A stretch of 58,330 bases of DNA, taken from contig CAVWLW010000058.1 of NCBI GenBank assembly GCA_963755715.1, positions 1 through 58,330 on the forward strand, read 5' to 3'. The notes under the pieces were generated by a model. It saw only the letters and a program-made list of their open reading frames with translations, ran no database searches and was not told where the DNA came from. This document shows positions 21,099-31,210 of this stretch, one piece after another; the first letter of the stretch is position 1, and the number at the start of each line of letters is the position of its first letter. The position numbers were made by a program, and so were the translations under genes. This stretch comes from an uncultured delta proteobacterium (GTDB taxonomy: Bacteria; Desulfobacterota; Binatia; UBA9968).

Positions 21099-21899
21099 AT
21101 GACAACATCATTAAAAAGCATTCCCGACCCGAATGAATTCAATGGCAAGCGCGTGCTAGTAACGGGCGGCACGAAGGGTGCGGGCAAGGCGATTGCCGAG
21201 CGCTTTCAGCAAGGAGGAGCAACCGTCATTATTGCCGCGCGGTCTGCGCCAGAAGAAAAAACCAGCAATCATTTTATTCAGGCAGATGTCTCAACGCCCG
21301 AAGGCACGACAAAAGTAATTAACGAGATTCTGGAGCGATTTCACGGCGTCGATATCATTATCCACAACGTCGGGGGATCATCGGCACCCAGCGGCGGATT
21401 TATTACGGTTACCGACGAAATCTGGCAGCAAAATATCAATGAGAATCTGTTTCCCGCCGTTCGTCTCGATCGCGGCCTTCTGCCATCTATGATCGAGCGG
21501 GGTTCGGGCGTGATCATTCACATTTCTTCCATCCAAAGAACGCTGCCGCTATACGATTCAACCCTTGCCTACGCCGCGGCGAAAGCCGCCCTCACGAATT
21601 ACAGCAAGGGCCTATCCAACGAAGTCAGTCCCAAGGGGATTCGCGTCAACACGGTTTCTCCTGGTTTCATTGAAACAGATGCCGCCACGAGAATGATTGA
21701 AAGAATGGCGGATAAGGACAAAACCAACTACGCAACAGCGCGGCAAAGGCTGATGGATATGCTTGGCGGTATTCCCTTGGGCCGTCCGAACAGGCCGGAC
21801 GAGGTTGCAGAACTCGTAGCCTTTCTCGCATCGGACAGGGCCTCAGCCATCACCGGAAGCGAATACGTGATCGACGGCGGCACGATCCCAACGATTTAA
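21099..21899 (+). CDS. SDR family oxidoreductase
   Basis: TGGTKGAG, YAAAK, IRVNTVSPG, VIDGGT. Confidence 0.92.
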   Translation: MTTSLKSIPDPNEFNGKRVLVTGGTKGAGKAIAERFQQGGATVIIAARSAPEEKTSNHFIQADVSTPEGTTKVINEILERFHGVDIIIHNVGGSSAPSGGFITVTDEIWQQNINENLFPAVRLDRGLLPSMIERGSGVIIHISSIQRTLPLYDSTLAYAAAKAALTNYSKGLSNEVSPKGIRVNTVSPGFIETDAATRMIERMADKDKTNYATARQRLMDMLGGIPLGRPNRPDEVAELVAFLASDRASAITGSEYVIDGGTIPTI

Positions 21900-21921
21900 G
21901 TCGTGGGAAGGAGAAAATATT

Positions 21922-22256
21922 ATGCCGATCACCGAAAACGAGGATACGGAGAAAACTATGTCATCGGATGCCGGAATCGCTGTCGTTCGTCGCAATACCG
22001 AAGAGGTTCAGAGTCGTGGGAACTTTGAAGTGTTCGAAGAGCTGTTCGCCGCCGATTTTGTCGATCATACGCCCCAGCCGGGCGGCTTCACGCCGGATCG
22101 ACCAATGGTGCGCCGCATCCCGACGCCAGTTCCTATGCTAAGAAGCTCTCGGGCAAATATTCGCACCGGATTATCAAAGGCGGCATCGGGCACAATCTGC
22201 CTCAGGAAGCGCCGCAGGTCTTTGCCAAGGCTGTCATCGAAGTCGACGGTTATTGA
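21922..22256 (+). pseudogene. Chimeric remnant: ester-cyclase/SnoaL N-terminus joined to an alpha/beta-hydrolase C-terminus
   Basis: VVRRNTEEVQSRGNFEVFEELFAADFVDHTPQPG..PDR to about 22100, then in another frame NGAPHPDASSYAKK.SGKYSHRIIKGGIGHNLPQEAP.*. Confidence 0.7.
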
Positions 22257-22464
22257 ACGGTGTTAGCCTGCATAGGCCCTGCGGACTTTCGCTATGAAGT
22301 AACTGAGGACAACGAACGGGCAGAACAACGGAGAAAAAGATACAACAGCGAACGCAAACTGACTTTTAGCGGCAATGCGACTGGAGACATACAAGCGACT
22401 TAGGTTGTCGATTTTCGGCGGCCAAGCAATCACTTCGTAAAACGACACGTGAGAGGAAGCACTG

Positions 22465-24228
22465 ATGGCGAGACTATTGTCCGTTAACGTTGGTCTTCCA
22501 CGCGACATCGCATGGCGCGGGAAGACGGTTCATACGGCGATCTGGAAAGATCCAGTTCAGGGCCGGCGCATGGTCCGGCGCCTCAACATCGACGGCGACG
22601 GGCAAGGCGACCTCAAGGGTCACGGAGGCGAGCACCGGGCGGTCTTTGTCTACCAGATCGAGTCGTATCGATATTGGCAGGATCGACTCGGCCGAAGCCA
22701 TTTCACTTACGGAGAGTTCGGGGAGAACTTCACCGTTGAGGGCTTGGCTGACGACGAGGTGTGCATTGGCGACCGGTACCGGATCGGCGAAGCCTTATTC
22801 GAGGTAACCCAGCCGCGCGTCACCTGTTACCGCGTGGGTATCAGGATGAACGAGCCCCAGATGGCAGCTCTGCTTACCTCAAGCGGCAAGCCAGGATTTT
22901 ACTTTCGAGTGTTGCAGGAAGGCGAGGTCGAGACGGGCGACGAGATCGTCAAAATTGCTGACGGTCTAGAGCGCATGCCTGTGGCTGAGATCAATGCGTT
23001 GCTATATCTGCCCGGTCACTCGCGTCAACAACTGGAGCGCGCGCTGCGCATTCCAGCCCTGAGCGAGGGTTGGCGAACATCTTTTCAAGCGTTCCTCCAG
23101 CAGGAGTCAAGTGGCGGTCCAATGGCAGGGAATCCGGGGCTCGGGCCTGAACTCGGGTCGCCTCCCGCATGGCCGGGCTTTCGCCCCCTCAGGGTATCTC
23201 GGATCGACCGAGAGAGCAGGAGCGTACTCTCACTACTATTTGTACCCGTGGACGGACGTCCTCTGGTCGCTGCCCAGCCCGGCCAGTTCGTCGTTCTGCG
23301 CCTGCGGCCGAACCCCGATGCGCCAGCGCTGTTGCGCAGTTACTCGCTCTCTGACACGCCAAGTGCAGATCACTACCGCGTGAGTATCAAGCAAGAGCTG
23401 AACGGCGTGGCCAGTACCTACCTGCATAGTCATGTGCAGGTAGGCGACGTATTGGACGTAAGCGCACCAAGGGGCGTCTTCACTCTTCGAGCGGGTGATC
23501 GGCCCGTTGTTTTGCTTAGCGCCGGTGTTGGAGCGACCCCAGTTCTCGCAATGCTCCATGCGTTGGCGGCGGGAGCTTCGCCACGCCAAGTTTGGTGGCT
23601 GTACGGTGCCCGCAACCGAGACGACCACCCGTTTGCCCAGGAGTCACGCGGCCTTGTGCAAGCGCTGCCGCACAGCCGCAGTCGAATATTGTACAGCAGG
23701 CCTGGGCCTGACGATCGTTTGGGTCTAGAATTTAATGCCACTGGACACCTCGACATAGCCGTGCTCGACGAACTTGATGTGCCTCGCGACGCGGACTTCT
23801 ACCTGTGTGGACCATCCGCATTCCTCCAGGACTTGAGTGCTGGTCTTGCGGTCTGGGGCGCCGCCGGCGACCGCGTGCACATGGAAATTTTTGGCCCGGG
23901 TGAATCCATGACTCCAGGCGTATCCGATGCGCCTGTACGCCCAGCCCACGCGCCGGCGGGACCCGCGGGCGACGGGCCCGAGGTTTCGTTCGCACGTAGC
24001 GGCCTCACCGTCCGATGGGATGAAAAATACCAGAGTCTGCTCGAGCTGGCGGAGGCCTGCGACGTCCCCGTACGGTGGTCGTGCCGGACCGGCGTTTGCC
24101 ATAACTGCGAGAGCGGGCTGGTTTCCGGCGCGGTGAGTTATCGACCCGACCCGCTCGACCCGCCTGCCGCAGGCGACTTGCTGATCTGCTGTTCTCAGCC
24201 TCAGGAAGACGTCGTCATCGATTTATGA
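22465..24228 (+). CDS. MOSC + FAD/NAD-binding (FNR-like) + [2Fe-2S] ferredoxin multidomain oxidoreductase
   Basis: GHGGEHRA, FGENFT and QPRVTCYR; then RSYSLS, SAGVGATP and YLCGP; then WSCRTGVCHNC...LICCS. Confidence 0.93.
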   Translation: MARLLSVNVGLPRDIAWRGKTVHTAIWKDPVQGRRMVRRLNIDGDGQGDLKGHGGEHRAVFVYQIESYRYWQDRLGRSHFTYGEFGENFTVEGLADDEVCIGDRYRIGEALFEVTQPRVTCYRVGIRMNEPQMAALLTSSGKPGFYFRVLQEGEVETGDEIVKIADGLERMPVAEINALLYLPGHSRQQLERALRIPALSEGWRTSFQAFLQQESSGGPMAGNPGLGPELGSPPAWPGFRPLRVSRIDRESRSVLSLLFVPVDGRPLVAAQPGQFVVLRLRPNPDAPALLRSYSLSDTPSADHYRVSIKQELNGVASTYLHSHVQVGDVLDVSAPRGVFTLRAGDRPVVLLSAGVGATPVLAMLHALAAGASPRQVWWLYGARNRDDHPFAQESRGLVQALPHSRSRILYSRPGPDDRLGLEFNATGHLDIAVLDELDVPRDADFYLCGPSAFLQDLSAGLAVWGAAGDRVHMEIFGPGESMTPGVSDAPVRPAHAPAGPAGDGPEVSFARSGLTVRWDEKYQSLLELAEACDVPVRWSCRTGVCHNCESGLVSGAVSYRPDPLDPPAAGDLLICCSQPQEDVVIDL

Positions 24229-24303
24229 CGGTGGAAGAACCAGGACAATGGCCGAAAAAACTTTATTGGCCAGTTGGCGTTGTCACCGCGAGGAGACCCG
24301 GTA

Positions 24304-24975
24304 ATGAAATCTGACGCAAAGATTATCTCCCTTAATGTTGGTCCTCCGCGGGTCGTTATGAGCAATGGCGATCCAGTATCGACGGGAATTTTCAAAGAGC
24401 CTGTAGCGGGCCGCGTCCTACTTAGGACCCTCGATCTTGACGGTGACCAGCAGGCTGACCTTTCGGTGCATGGCGGACCCAGCAAAGCGGTCTATGTCTA
24501 TCCGTCCGAACACTACGAATATTGGACGCACGAATTGCCTGAGATGAAACTACCCTGGGGCATGTTCGGTGAGAACTTCACGACCGCGGGACTGTTTGAA
24601 TCGGAGCTAAACATCGGTGACAAATTTCGCGTCGGCTCTGCCATCGTGATGGTGACCGAGCCGCGCATGCCCTGTTACAAGCTGGGTATCAGATTCGGCC
24701 GCTCTGACATCATCAAAAGATTCTTGGCGAGCGAGCGTACCGGCTTCTATTTTGCCGTCCTGCAAGAGGGTGAAGTCGGCGCGGGTGACCCGATCGAGCT
24801 AATCGAAAGCAGCAAAGACAGTTTGAGGGTCAGTGATATCACCGCACTCTATACCCACGAGAAGCACAACGTCGGGTTGCTTCGTCGCGCAATTAAAAAC
24901 GAGACTCTGGACGAAAGCTGGAAGAGCTATTTTAAGCATCGACTTGCGAAGTTAACGGGTGCTTCACAGGATTGA
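24304..24975 (+). CDS. yiiM: MOSC domain protein (YiiM-like)
   Basis: GDQQADLSVHGGPSKAVY, FGENFT, EPRMPCYKL; AGGAG RBS. Confidence 0.92.
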   Translation: MKSDAKIISLNVGPPRVVMSNGDPVSTGIFKEPVAGRVLLRTLDLDGDQQADLSVHGGPSKAVYVYPSEHYEYWTHELPEMKLPWGMFGENFTTAGLFESELNIGDKFRVGSAIVMVTEPRMPCYKLGIRFGRSDIIKRFLASERTGFYFAVLQEGEVGAGDPIELIESSKDSLRVSDITALYTHEKHNVGLLRRAIKNETLDESWKSYFKHRLAKLTGASQD

Positions 24976-25094
24976 CGCAGATCAACGGCTGAGCTAGCGC
25001 CATGGCGGGCGGTAAGCCTGAGCTGCTGGAACCACCACTTATCCCTGTTGTGTAGACCCAAGCGAGATTGAGAAACCATACGATAGGAGGAGCT

Positions 25095-26121
25095 ATGTCG
25101 AAGATGCGTGTCGTGCAAGTCACTCGTCCGAATGGGCCTCTTGAAATAGTCGAGCGCGAAATTCCGCGAACCCGGCGCAGGACAAGTGCGAATTAAGGTT
25201 GAAGCTTGCGGCATATGCCACAGCGATTCCATGACCAAGGAGGGAACTTGGCCGGGTATCCAATACCCGCGCGTGCCCGGGGCATGAGATCGCCGGAATC
25301 ATCGACGCGGTCGGCGCGGGCGTCGCCGGATGGAAGGAAGGCCAACGGGTCGGCGTCGGCTGGCACGGCGGGCACTGCGGATACTGTGATTCTTGCCGGC
25401 GCGGCGATTTTGTCACCTGCCAAATCGCGCCCCAAGTTCCCGGTATCGCCTACGACGGCGGCTATGCCGAATACATGATCGCGCCCGCCGGCGCATTGGC
25501 GCTGATTCCGGAAGGACTTTCAGCGGTGGACGCAGGACCGCTGATGTGCGCAGGAATCACGACTTTCAATTCGCTTCGCGGCAGCGGCGCGCGGCCCGGC
25601 GATCTTGTAGCCATACTTGGCATCGGTGGTCTCGGCCACCTGGGAATTCAGTTCGCCGCGAAGATGGGTTTTCGCACCGTTGCGATTGCGCGCGGCATGG
25701 ACAAGGAACCGCTGGCTAGAAAACTCGGCGCCTGGTCTTACATCGATAGCAAAACGCAAGATCCCGCCGCGGAATTGCTGAAGTTGGGCGGCGCCAAGGT
25801 CGTCCTCGCGACAGTGACGAGCGGTGACGCGATGAGCGCGACCTTGGGCGGTCTCGGCGTCAACGGAAAATTAGTCATCCTGGGTGCCGCCGCTGAGCCG
25901 CTGCAGGTGCCCGGGGATTCCGCTGATCCTGGGAAGACGTTCGATCATGGGCTGGCCTTCCGGTAGCTCCATCGATTCGCAGGATACGCTTGTCTTTCAG
26001 CTTACTCACCGGCGTGCGCGCGATGAATGAAGTCTTTCCGCTGGAGCGCGCGGCCGAAGCTTACGATCACATGATGAGCGGCAAGGCGCGGTTTCGGGCC
26101 GTTCTCACGACCGGACGCTGA
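25095..26121 (+). CDS. Zn-dependent alcohol dehydrogenase (about four frameshifts, near 25167, 25282, 25915 and 25992)
   Basis: AGGAGG RBS. The pieces join as CGICHSD...YPRVPGHE...GWHGGHCGYCDSCRRG...C...PLMCAGITTFN...GIGGLG...GKARFRAVL. Confidence 0.85.
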
Positions 26122-26160
26122 AGCGAGGTCTCCATCAGAGTTAATCCTCGGGAGAAAGCT

Positions 26161-26913
26161 ATGGATAAATTAGCAGGTAAGATTGCGGTTATAACCGGAG
26201 GCAATAGCGGCCTCGGTCTCGCCACCGCGAAACGTTTCGTTGCCGAGGGCGCGCATGTCTTTATCACCGGTCGTCGTCAAAGCGAACTCGATGCCGCGGT
26301 GAAACAGATCGAAAAAAACGTCACCGGTGTTCAGGGTGACGTATCGAATCTGGCAGATCTTGACCGGTTGTACGCGACGGTTAAGGAGCAAAAAGGCCGC
26401 GTCGATATCCTCTTTGCCAACGCCGGCCTCGGCGAGTTCGCGCCGCTCGGGCAGATCACCGAAGCCCACTTCGACAAGACGTTCGGCGTCAACGTAAAGG
26501 GCACACTCTTCACCGTGCAGAAGGCGCTGGCGCTGATGCCGAACGGCTCTGTGATTGTGATGAATTGCTCCATAGCCTCGATCAAGGGAATACCGGCCTT
26601 CGGGGTTTACGCCGCTACGAAGGCGGCCCTGCGATCTTTTGCGCGGACTTGGTCAGTTGACCTGAAAGACCGCCAAATCCGCGTTAACGTTGTTAGTCCT
26701 GGCACGGTCATCACGCCCGGCTACAAGACCGAGCTAGGAATGAGCGACGAACAGATCGAGCAGGTCAAGGCGCAGACTGCCGTCACCACGCCCTCGGGTC
26801 GGGCCGGAACGCCGGACGAGATCGCCAAGGCGGTCGTCTTCCTCGCTTCCGACGACAGCAGCTACGTCAACGGCATCGAACTGTTCGTCGATGGCGGCCT
26901 AGCACAAATCTGA
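26161..26913 (+). CDS. SDR family oxidoreductase
   Basis: [24 protein letters not shown]. Confidence 0.93.
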   Translation: MDKLAGKIAVITGGNSGLGLATAKRFVAEGAHVFITGRRQSELDAAVKQIEKNVTGVQGDVSNLADLDRLYATVKEQKGRVDILFANAGLGEFAPLGQITEAHFDKTFGVNVKGTLFTVQKALALMPNGSVIVMNCSIASIKGIPAFGVYAATKAALRSFARTWSVDLKDRQIRVNVVSPGTVITPGYKTELGMSDEQIEQVKAQTAVTTPSGRAGTPDEIAKAVVFLASDDSSYVNGIELFVDGGLAQI

Positions 26914-26984
26914 ATGGGCTTGGTTGTCAACGATTTTATGGAAACCGCTCTAAATAATTTGATTTTATAGGTAGGATAAACTGT

Positions 26985-27737
26985 ATGAACAAACTAACAG
27001 GTAAGGTCGCAGTCGTGACCGGAGCTTCCAAAGGAATAGGCGCTTCCATCGCCGAGCATCTGGCGGCAGAGGGCGCTTCCGTCGTCGTCAATTACGCCAG
27101 CAGCAAGTCCGGCGCAGATGCCGTCGTCAAGCGCATTCGTGAGAAAGGCGGCACAGCTCTGGCTATCCAGGCTGACGTCTCAAGTCATGACGACATCAAA
27201 CGTCTTTTCGCTGAGACTAAGGCTGCCTATGGAAAACTGGATGTGCTGGTGAACAACGCCGGCATTTACGAGTTCGCGCCGCTTGAGTCCATTACCGCGG
27301 AGCACTTCCACAAGCACTTTAATCTCAATGTGCTCGGTCTGCTTCTTACGACGCAAGAGGCGGTTAAGCTGATTGGCTCCACGGGCGGCTCAATTATCAA
27401 CATGAGCTCCATCGCTAGTTCCATGCCGGTCGCGACGGCCACTGTGTACAGTGCAACTAAGGCGGCGGTGGACGCCATAACGATCGTGCTCTCGCAAGAG
27501 CTCGGTCCGAGGAAGATCCGGGTCAATTCGCTGAACCCAGGGATGGTGGAAACGGAGGGACTCCACGCCGGCGGCTTGGCCGAAGGCGACTTCCGCAAAA
27601 TGATGGAATCCCAAACGCCGCTGGGCCGCATTGCCCAACCCGAAGACATTGCGCGAGCCGCAGTATTCTTTGCGTCCGACGATGCCGGCTGGGTCACCGG
27701 TCAATCACTGATCGTTTCCGGCGGCCAGCGGCAATAA
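26985..27737 (+). CDS. SDR family oxidoreductase (glucose-1-dehydrogenase/FabG-like)
   Basis: TGASKGIG, VNNAG, YSATK. Confidence 0.93.
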   Translation: MNKLTGKVAVVTGASKGIGASIAEHLAAEGASVVVNYASSKSGADAVVKRIREKGGTALAIQADVSSHDDIKRLFAETKAAYGKLDVLVNNAGIYEFAPLESITAEHFHKHFNLNVLGLLLTTQEAVKLIGSTGGSIINMSSIASSMPVATATVYSATKAAVDAITIVLSQELGPRKIRVNSLNPGMVETEGLHAGGLAEGDFRKMMESQTPLGRIAQPEDIARAAVFFASDDAGWVTGQSLIVSGGQRQ

Positions 27738-27743
27738 GCTTTC

Positions 27744-27767
27744 GGGCGACCACAAGGGTCGCCCCTA
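27744..27767. repeat. REP-like palindrome
   Basis: GGGCGACC-acaag-GGTCGCCC-CTA. The reverse complement begins TAGGGGCG, like GTAG-family REPs and like 51584-51606. Confidence 0.6.
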
Positions 27768-27781
27768 AAGGTGACTGATCA

Positions 27782-29482
27782 ATGACAGAGACAGGTGCAA
27801 CACAGGGAAGCGGCGCAAGGGTCGGGGTCTCGTCAACGCTGACCTCGGGTGTTGAACGTACGTTTCCGACCTTGACGCTGGAGCAGGTTGAGCGGATCGC
27901 GGTGCATGGGCGCGTGCGTCAAATTCGACCTGGGGAAGTGCTGGTTCAGCCGGGAGATCAGATCGTGCCCTTCTTCGTCGTCACGGCAGGCGGAGTGGAG
28001 ATTGTCCGGCCATCCAGCGCCTCCGAGACGCTGGTTGTGCTCTATGGCCCGGGTCAGTTCACCGGTGAGGTCAACATGCTCTCGGGCCGCCCCGCGCTAC
28101 TGCAAGTGCGCGCGAGCGAAGCGGGCGAAGTGATCGAAGTCGAGCGCGAACAGTTGTTGGCGCTCGTGCAGACCGACAGCCAGCTCGGCGAGATCATCAT
28201 GCGGGCCTTCATCCTGCGCCGGGTGGAATTGATCGCGCACGGGCTCGGCGATGTCGTGCTCCTGGGCTCCAATCATTGCTCGGGAACGCTTCGCGTCAAA
28301 GAGTTTCTCACCCGCAACGGCCATCCGTACTCCTATATCGATCTCGACCGTGATGCGGACGTCCAGGTTTTGCTGGACCGGTTTCACGTGACTGGCGGAG
28401 ATGTGCCGGTTCTCATCTGCCGTGGGGAGACAGTGCTGCGGAATCCGACCAATCAGCAAATTGCCAGTTGCCTCGGCTTTAACGAGGCCATCGACCCCAC
28501 CCATATACGCGACGTGGTCATCGTCGGCGCCGGACCGGCAGGACTCGCTGCGGCCGTGTACGCGGCGTCGGAAGGCCTGGATGTTCTCGTGCTGGAGACC
28601 AACTCGCCCGGGGGACAAGCCGGCTCCAGCTCCAAGATCGAGAACTACCTTGGTTTCCCAACCGGCATCTCGGGTCAAGCACTCGCGGGCCGGGCCTATA
28701 CCCAGGCGCAGAAGTTCGGCGCCCAGGTGATGATCGCGAAGGACGCCAAAAGCCTCGTCTGCGACCGCAAGCCCTATGTCATTGAGACTGACGATGATGT
28801 GCGCGTATTAGCCCGCACCGTCATCATCGCAACCGGCGCCGCCTATCGGAAACCGCCCATCGAGAATTTGCTGCAGTTCGAGAACGCGGGCGTATACTAC
28901 GGCGCGACATTCATGGAAGCGCAGTTGTGCCGCGGTGAAGAAGCCGTGGTGGTGGGCGGCGGCAACTCAGCCGGCCAGGCCGCGGTGTTTCTGGCTCAGA
29001 GCGCGAAACGGGTGCACATGCTCGTGCGGTCGAGTGGGTTGGCGGAGAGTATGTCGCGCTATCTGATTCGCCGCATTGAACAGAATCCGGCCATCGTCCT
29101 CCGAACCAACACCGAAATCGTCGCCCTCGAAGGGGATAATCATCTCGAACACGTGCGCTGGACCGATCAGCGAGGCAACACCGAGACCCACGACATAAGG
29201 CACGTTTTCCTTATGACCGGCGCAGTTCCCGGGACGAAATGGGTCGAGGGATGCATTGCGCTCGATGCCAAAGGATTCATCAAGACGGGTCCGGATCTGT
29301 CCCCGGAGGATTTGGCCGCCGCGCAATGGCCGCTCGCCAGGCCGCCCCATCTTCTCGAAACGAGTCTGCCCGGAGTGTTCGCGGTCGGCGACGTCCGGGG
29401 CGGCAATATCAAACGTGTGGCGTCGGCCGTGGGCGAGGGTTCGATCGCGATCTCCTTCGTCCATCAGGTGCTGTCCGAATAG
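27782..29482 (+). CDS. Thioredoxin-reductase-like FAD oxidoreductase with N-terminal cNMP-binding and glutaredoxin-like domains
   Basis: GQFTGE (cNMP), KEFLTRNGHPYSYIDLD...VP (Grx-like), GAGPAGL, IENYLGFPTGISG, GGGNSAGQAA and FAVGDVR. No CxxC. Confidence 0.9.
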   Translation: MTETGATQGSGARVGVSSTLTSGVERTFPTLTLEQVERIAVHGRVRQIRPGEVLVQPGDQIVPFFVVTAGGVEIVRPSSASETLVVLYGPGQFTGEVNMLSGRPALLQVRASEAGEVIEVEREQLLALVQTDSQLGEIIMRAFILRRVELIAHGLGDVVLLGSNHCSGTLRVKEFLTRNGHPYSYIDLDRDADVQVLLDRFHVTGGDVPVLICRGETVLRNPTNQQIASCLGFNEAIDPTHIRDVVIVGAGPAGLAAAVYAASEGLDVLVLETNSPGGQAGSSSKIENYLGFPTGISGQALAGRAYTQAQKFGAQVMIAKDAKSLVCDRKPYVIETDDDVRVLARTVIIATGAAYRKPPIENLLQFENAGVYYGATFMEAQLCRGEEAVVVGGGNSAGQAAVFLAQSAKRVHMLVRSSGLAESMSRYLIRRIEQNPAIVLRTNTEIVALEGDNHLEHVRWTDQRGNTETHDIRHVFLMTGAVPGTKWVEGCIALDAKGFIKTGPDLSPEDLAAAQWPLARPPHLLETSLPGVFAVGDVRGGNIKRVASAVGEGSIAISFVHQVLSE

Positions 29483-29495
29483 GAGGCGATAACCA

Positions 29496-29765
29496 ATGGC
29501 AGATGGAGCTTGCGAACATATTCGCGGTATCACGACCGTCAAACATGCAAAGCGCCGTCAGTGCGATGAGTGCGTGAAAGTGGGCGCTCGTTGGGTTCAT
29601 CTGCGCATATGCCAGGAATGCGGCGCGACGCGCTGCTGCGATGACTCGCCGAACCGTCATGCGACCGCGCACGCGCATGCGAGCAAGCATCCGGTGATCG
29701 CCTCCGCGGAGCCTGGAGAACGTTGGTTATACTGCTATCCGGATGAAGCTGTTGCGGAATATTGA
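29496..29765 (+). CDS. UBP-type zinc finger protein
   Basis: C-x-H...CDEC...WVHLRICQECG...CCDDSP.RHAT.H....HPV...W..CY.D. Confidence 0.9.
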   Translation: MADGACEHIRGITTVKHAKRRQCDECVKVGARWVHLRICQECGATRCCDDSPNRHATAHAHASKHPVIASAEPGERWLYCYPDEAVAEY

Positions 29766-29845
29766 GTCAGACAGAGTTTGCAAGTGACGACGGAGAAATG
29801 CTCCGGTGAACATTGGACTGCTATATAAGGACGGAGGAGAAAAAA

Positions 29846-30247
29846 ATGATCGAAGAAGAAAACGAGAAGCGCGTTCGCGCTTTCTACGAAGCTACCGTCC
29901 CAGGACATCGCGAGTCGCTGCGAGGTCTCCAAGCGCCGCACGTCGTCTACGATATGCCGGAAGGGATGCCCATGGGTTGCGGCCATTTTGAGGGCCTTCA
30001 GGACGTGCTCGATCGGTTTCTCACCAGCTTCTATAAAGCTCTTGACGTTCACTTTGTCGCCGAAGAGTTTATTGCCGCTGGCGAGGAAGTCGTCGCCCTC
30101 GGTCGTATCGAAGGAAAAACGCGAAAAGCAGCCGTGCCCGTCAATGTGCCCTTCGCCCACGTCTGGACAGTCCGCGATGGGTATCTCCAACGACTGCGTG
30201 CTTTCACCGACACAGCACTGCTAGCCCATGCGCTGGCGAAGAACTGA
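29846..30247 (+). CDS. SnoaL-like / NTF2 family protein
   Basis: GGAGGAG RBS; V.AFY...G.F.G...EEFIAAGEEVVALG...PFAHVWTVRDG...FTDTA. Confidence 0.85.
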   Translation: MIEEENEKRVRAFYEATVPGHRESLRGLQAPHVVYDMPEGMPMGCGHFEGLQDVLDRFLTSFYKALDVHFVAEEFIAAGEEVVALGRIEGKTRKAAVPVNVPFAHVWTVRDGYLQRLRAFTDTALLAHALAKN

Positions 30248-30357
30248 ACTGTTCAAGCTGACCTTTAGGCGCCGTTTTCGCGCTGCAGGAGCAATGTGAT
30301 TCATAGTTATAGGAGTGAACTCGACGTTGGGCTAAAAGAATTTCGGAGGACTGAGTT

Positions 30358-30621
30358 ATGCAAGAAGCAATCGAGATAGGATATCAGGCTTTTGTTTCAG
30401 ACGGCGGTGAGGAGTTCGGGGCGGTTCGGGCGGTTTCTCCGAATGGCCGGCCCGAACTGGTGATCTACGTGGAGAATGCGGGGGACTTCGTCGTGCCACT
30501 CTCTGCGGTGGAGTCGGTACATTCGCAGAAGGTCATCTTGAGCTGCGCCAAGTTGGAGCATCGTCTGCGACAGGCGATCGGTCACGCGCACGATCGCCGA
30601 AGAGCCCAACGCTTGAACTGA
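30358..30621 (+). CDS. Hypothetical small protein (PRC-barrel-like; C-terminus possibly frameshifted)
   Basis: GGAGG RBS; IEIGYQAFVSDGGEEFGAVR...YVENAGDFVVPL.AV..VH..KV.L. Confidence 0.75.
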   Translation: MQEAIEIGYQAFVSDGGEEFGAVRAVSPNGRPELVIYVENAGDFVVPLSAVESVHSQKVILSCAKLEHRLRQAIGHAHDRRRAQRLN

Positions 30622-30817
30622 TTGGCATTTCGCACTGGAAACGCACGGTGAGGAGATTGCCGGGCGATTTACCGACTGTTGGTTCGAGCAGTAGATCATG
30701 AAGATCCGAAACGGTTGGTTCGCGGACATGTGTTGACGTTGATGCGTCGTCTGGTCATCACGCCGCTATTTAGTTGGTACTGCAGTGCAAAATTAATATT
30801 TGAGATCGGAGGACCCT

Positions 30818-31094
30818 ATGGCCAAATCGTGTGAACATTTGGTGCGGGCTAACGCCCGAGGACTTTCCCCCGCAGAAAACTCCCGATGCCTGTGAGGAAT
30901 GTCTAGCTGAGGGAACCGTTTGGGTTGCTCTTCGCGAGTGCCAATCGTGCGGCCACGTTGGCTGTTGCGATTCCTCGACAGGCAAGCACGCGACTAAACA
31001 TTTCCATCAGACGCAACATCCGGTCATGCGCGCTGTCCCGCCGGCGGCTTGGATATGGTGCTATGTTCACGAGACGCAGGGTGTGCTCAATTAA
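30818..31094 (+). CDS. UBP-type zinc finger protein (second copy; frameshift near 30843)
   Basis: GGAGG RBS and MAKSCEHL, joined to CEECL...WVALRECQSCGHVGCCDSS.GKHATKHF....HPVM...W.WCYVHE. Confidence 0.85.
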
Positions 31095-31210
31095 CGTCGA
31101 CGATCAGAAAACTCGAGTCTTAGGTAATATCCCTGGAAAGATGCGCCTCTTTTTTCGCACGATAAGAAGCGCATCGTGTTGTTGATCTGGAACAACCGAC
31201 AATCGGCGAA

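Noticed and set aside
30622-30800. Possible coding remnant between the small hypothetical gene and the second zinc finger
   Set aside because: Only short stop-interrupted frames, and no family I can name.
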